Source of the DNA: Fonticula alba ATCC 38817
Lineage: Eukaryota; Protista; Nucleariida
Length of the DNA stretch: 64,000 bases
Strand: one strand, 5' to 3'
Assembly: GCA_000388065.2 (NCBI GenBank)
Contig: KB932203.1
A program made the position numbers and the translations under genes. Each line of letters opens with the position of its first letter. Position 1 is the first letter of the stretch. This document shows positions 59,401 through 64,000 of this stretch, in pieces. The notes under the pieces were generated by a model, which worked only from the letters and a program-made list of their open reading frames with translations, had not been told where the DNA came from and did no database searches.

Positions 59401-59845
59401 TTCAGGTCCTGCACCGTCAGGTACATGATCTCCCGCGGCACGGCATTGACAATGCTCAGGCCGATGCCCTTGAGGTTGACGGCCAGGTTGAAGGAGAAGG
59501 CAGAGCTGAGGGAGGCCAACTCGGTGTCCTCGTCCGAACCGTCGGCCCCGCCGGCCGAGGGGGGCTGTGCCAGCGAATCCGACGAGCCGGTCCGGGCGAG
59601 ATCGCCCGCATCCGGGGTCGTCGGAGACGTGGCCTCGGGCGTCGTACCGGCGGCCCAGCCGTGCAGGCGCTTGATGAGCACCCCGCGCGGGCGGAGGGCC
59701 GCAATCGGGGCCATGATCTTGGCCCGCGCCGGCCGGACGTCACTGCAAGGGGAGAAGGTGATCGGGCGGGCGGGCGGGCGGGCGGGCGGGAGGGAGGTGT
59801 GCCAGACACAGGCAAATACACCCGGGGGGGGAGGGGGGAAAAAAC

Positions 59846-59876
<31 letters not shown>

Positions 59877-62800
59877 GGCGAAGGAGGAACATGTCAGTAC
59901 ACGCCGGCACAAGGGGAAGGCAGCAGACAGCCATGTCGCCGCCGGGGCCATTGGAGCGTGGAGAGGGCGACCCACAGCCACAGGCACGCACTGATCACGG
60001 ATGGTCACCACGGTGGCCGTGGACTTGATGTCCACGGTGACCAGGACATAGCGCCGCGTCTGGGCCCCGGACTCGCGACTGGTCACCGTGATGGGAACCG
60101 GCTTGCGCCGGCCGATGACACGCAAATCCAACGGCAGCGACGCCGGCGGGATGGCGCACTCCGGCGAGTACATGGTCGAGCGCAGGGCATTCACCGCGTC
60201 GCCGGCATACAGCTTGACCAGGCGCTTCTCCGACAGCGGGGTGTCCCACAGGAAGGGAACCACCTGCGAGGCCGCGGCGAAGTAGTGCCCGGCCACGGGG
60301 TTGCTGTCGGTCAGGTAGCTCTCCATGCGGTAGCCGGTGTCCGGCTCGGCGGCCACCCCGGTGGCCGAGGCGCACTCCCCCTGCACCAGGGCCATGTGGT
60401 ACGAGGAGAGATTCACCAAACGGAAGGGGGCCTCACTGCGGAAGGGGAACACCCGCACAAAGAGAACCGCCCCTTCGAGGGACACGTCCACCCGCACAAC
60501 CGACACCTGCCCCTGCGGCGAGAAGATCCGCACGAAGGACTCGCCGACATTGTTGGCCGAGAAGCCGGCCGACCAGCGCCGGAATCCGTCCATCAGCTCG
60601 ATCGACTGGCGCAGGGACAGGTTCAGGTCCTGGCCCTGCTGGAAGTGGAAGGCCGACGACTTGCCCGGGAGGATGGTGGTGATGCCCTCGTCCTGCTGCG
60701 GAGGCGCGCGGCATGCCATGGCCGTCGCACGTCCAAAGCCAAGGGGGCACCGGCCAGGGCAGGGCGAGGCGAGATGGCGAGGAAGGGGGGGGGGAAAAGC
60801 ACCAGCCAGTCAGAGGGGGCCCCCGGAAGGGAAGGGAAAGGAGAGCGGCAGGCAGAACAGCGGGACAAAGCACGGTCGAGACCCGGGGAAAGGGGCCAGC
60901 CAAAAGCACAAGCAGGGGCAAGGGGGCGGGGNNNNNNNNNNNNNNNNNNNNNNNNNNNNNNGGGGGGGGGGGGGGCACAAGGGAGGGGACGTACGGTCGA
61001 ACGGCCGGCCGAGGGGGCAGTCGTCGACTTCCGCAGGAAGGTCGACTTGCCCGTGCCCGCCTCGAAGTGGCGGAAGTCCAGCGACACATTGGTGTGGTTG
61101 ACCAGGATGTAACGCGGCTTGAGGGTGATCACCTTGACCGACCGCAGTGAGGCGGCCACCTGCTGGTCGAGGGTGGACTCGGCCCCGGCCCCGGCCAGGC
61201 GGATCTCGCTGGCCAGCTGCCAGGCCTTGGTGGACTTGCCAGCCCCGAGCAGGGTGACTTCGCCCTCGGACCCGACGGCCGCCGTGTTGAAGGGCTGGAT
61301 GTGGCGGGGTCACGGAGGACAGGCGGTTAGTCATCGAACCCGGTGCCCAAGGAGCCGGGCCATGCCGGGGGGGGGGGGATCCCATGCGCAGGGCATTCGC
61401 GTCCCCTGCAAAAGGGGGAAAAAAAAAAGACGAAAAAAGGGCAGGAGCATAACCAACGCACGCTGGACCACTGGGACTCGTGCACCCGCAGCGACGTCAG
61501 GGACTTCATGCTGCTGGTGACGTAGAGCGTCATCGGGCAGGATTGCGACCCGTCGACGCTGTTGAAGGTAGACAGCATCGTGAGGGCCGTGTCCTCCAGA
61601 GGGGTGGCATCACCGACGCCGATGGTGCTGGCGCTCATGCGGTTGGCATTGCGCACTTGCAGATCGAGGCCCGTCTTGTTGACGATGAGATACGGCGAGA
61701 AGATGGTCAGCGCCCGGGGCAGAGGATGCGACCCGGGGCCGGACACCAGCCGCCGGTGGGCCACCCGCAGCCCCAGCGGGTCCGGGCAGTTGTCCGTGAA
61801 CAGGTCGATGGTCCCCTCGCCGGCGCCGGCCCCCATGGAGGGGTCCAGGATGCGCAGGGCCTCACGCGAGCAGAAGGTGGCCGCCGGGCTGCGCCGATGC
61901 GACCCCAGCTGCGGCAGCGACAGCCCCATGTACACCCGCCCGGTCACCGGCACATCGAACACCTCGCACCGGCTGCACGGGTCCAGGGTCCGAGAGAAGC
62001 CATTGACACTGTCGAAGGCCCGACGCTCGGTCTCCAGGCCGAAGGCCACCGGCGTCGGCAGGACATTCTCCAACACCAGCGGCGCAAACAGCCGCAGGTT
62101 CACCCGGCGCCCGGCGCCGGAGGAAGCAAAGCAGGCAGCCAGATGGAACACCGAGCGCGACCCATTGACCGGGTTGCACTCGAGCACGCCCCCGGACCAG
62201 GACGGCGCCCTCAGCAATTGCCCCGGCACCCCGGACAGGTCCAGCGCCTGGCAGAAGTCGAAGACATCGGAGATGGCCGATCCGGACCCGAGGGACACCG
62301 AATGCGGCACCGGCCGCACCGCCAGGGCCCCATGCGGGAAGCAGGTCACCGGCAGGGCCAGCGTCCCGCCATGCGGCTGGACAACATGCCCGGCTGGCGG
62401 ACCCCCGGCCGACCCGGCATCGGCCTTGGCCCCGGCCGGCAGGAAGACCACCTCCAGCGGCACGCTGGTGGCATTTTCCAACACCAGCGGCGACCGGAAA
62501 TGCACCACCTTCAGGCCATCCACCACATTGATGTCCACCACCATGGGCACCCGGCGGAAGGTGGCCCCAGACCCGGACCCGGCCGTGCCGCCGGCGAGCC
62601 CACCAACACCGGCCACCACGGTGGAAGCCAGATGCGTCAGCCCGGCCAGCGGGGCGGCCCGAGTGGACCCGCGCGTCGGGGTCGACGGCGACTCGGCCAC
62701 CGGCGAAGCGGCCACCGAGCCCGAGGAATCGCCAACCGCCTGGCGCAGGGCCAACAACCGCGAACCGACCGTGGCCATGGAGAAGGAGGAAGCCGGCAGC

Positions 62801-64000
62801 CCATCGGCCCCGGCCGCCAGGCTGACCGACAGGCGCGAGGCCGCCACGGCGCTGGTGGCCGCCGCGGCCGCGGCCGCCGTGGCACCCATGGCCGCTGGCC
62901 GCACACCGAAGGCCGCCGACGACAGGCGCGACCCGTCGCCAGGCAGGGCCAGCAGGCTGGGCGTGGCGGACACCGCCGCCGGCGCACCCTCCGCCATGTC
63001 CACCAGGGCCAGGTGCAAGTCCAGCCCGGTGCTGTTGATCACCTCGAAGGCCGAGGACCGGGCACCGGCCGACCGGGCCGCCACCAGCAGCGTATTGTCG
63101 GCGGACACCTGCCCGGACAGCTCCTGGAACAGGGTCCCGGCACGCAGGAGATCCTGCAGCAGGTCGTGCGTGACCGTGCACTCCAGCCGCCGCGGGGCCA
63201 GCAGCTCGATGCTGGTGGCCTGCCCGATGGACACCGACGCCGAGCAGGACCACTTCTCGATGACCGGCTCCCAGGCGGACCGGCGATTGTTGAAGTAGTT
63301 GACATAGAAGGACGGCGAGATGGACACCGCCATGGAGGTCACCTCGCCCAGGGACCCGGTCAGGTCCACGCTCAGCGGCAGGAAGCACACGTCGAAGAGC
63401 GGCGTGTTGGTCAGGCCCAGGTCATTGACCACGGTCAGGTGCAGCCCCTGCAGGTGCAGCGAAACCACCAGGGCCCGGGCTGCCGGATCCACGGCAGCGA
63501 GGCCCGGGGCATCGGCCGCCGCCGCCGCCGCCACGGCCTGGGACTCGGCCGCCGTGTGCGACAGGAGCTCCTGCTGCCGGGCCGCATCGGCCAGAACCAG
63601 GTGCCGGTCGATCTCCGTCGGCCGGAGGATGTCATGCGCGTCGACAATCTGGCAGCAGGAAGAGGGGGGGAGGGGGGAGGGGGGGACGAAGAGACGAACC
63701 AGGGAGGAGCCGAATGAAGGAGGAGCCCGGGAAAAAGAGTCAGACATGAGAGGGCACATGGCTCGCCAGGGGGAGGAGAGCGGCCGGCAGGGAGGCAGGC
63801 AGAGTCACGCACGGTGTCCGGCTTCGGGCGGCGAGCGTCGGCATTGAGGAACTGGCACCCGGTCAGGGTGCTGGCGATGTAGCCGCCGTAATTCGAGAGG
63901 ATAATCAAACCCGCCAGGTTGATGGAGATGTTGGTCGGCTGCAGGGTCAGCCCCACACCGATGGACGTCTCCTTGAGGGTGAGCCCCACGCGGCAGCTCA
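56442..64000 (-). CDS. VPS13: VPS13 family lipid-transfer protein, C-terminal part (5'-partial)
   Basis: Motifs NYFNNRRSAWEPVIE; VAB/SHR-binding repeats (FRSPLVLENAT, IFSPYLIVNKTG, PRYILVNHT); LKGIGLSIVN..EIMY; QIDD..FPVV; IQPIQINLT; LVGSIDMLGNPVGLF..GVQDFFYEP; the ATG_C helix GLTTFARGLGSALTGVVTKP..GFLSGVGKG; RIPRYI; a PH-like tail. The last exon EVEKYMRLSQRLFEESFGGPSLA ends at TAG 56442. Confidence 0.94.

Overview
Eukaryotic, very GC-rich, intron-rich draft scaffold with many N gaps and CA/CT/poly-C microsatellites. Splice donors are mostly GTGCGT, GTGCGC, GTACGC or GTACGT. The composition and gene set (AP-5 zeta, MMAA, mitochondrial Era) suggest a non-dikaryan opisthokont protist such as Fonticula; this is an inference and was not checked. 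Most long ORFs in the six-frame track are GC or repeat artefacts. Manual splicing gives about 12 protein genes: AP5Z1 (+, 5' partial), MED13-like (-), a small single-TM protein (-), MMAA/MeaB (+, 3' end in a gap), SAC3/GANP (+), UNC13/Munc13-like (-), NAGK (+), Era/ERAL1 (-), SGF29 (-), NC2beta/DR1 (+), APC4-like (-) and VPS13 (-, 5' partial). No tRNA, rRNA, transposase or CRISPR array was seen. Highlights: (1) the SGF29 gene encodes an ING-family N-terminal coiled coil fused in frame to the SGF29 tandem Tudor, with no PHD finger, and lies head-to-head with NC2beta, its partner in the animal ATAC complex; (2) the Era GTPase carries a ~500-aa insertion between G4 and G5; (3) the UNC13-like protein appears to lack the C-terminal C2 domain; (4) MMAA and NAGK carry motif changes and insertions. 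All family assignments come from motif comparison with reference proteins recalled from memory and need HMM/BLAST confirmation.
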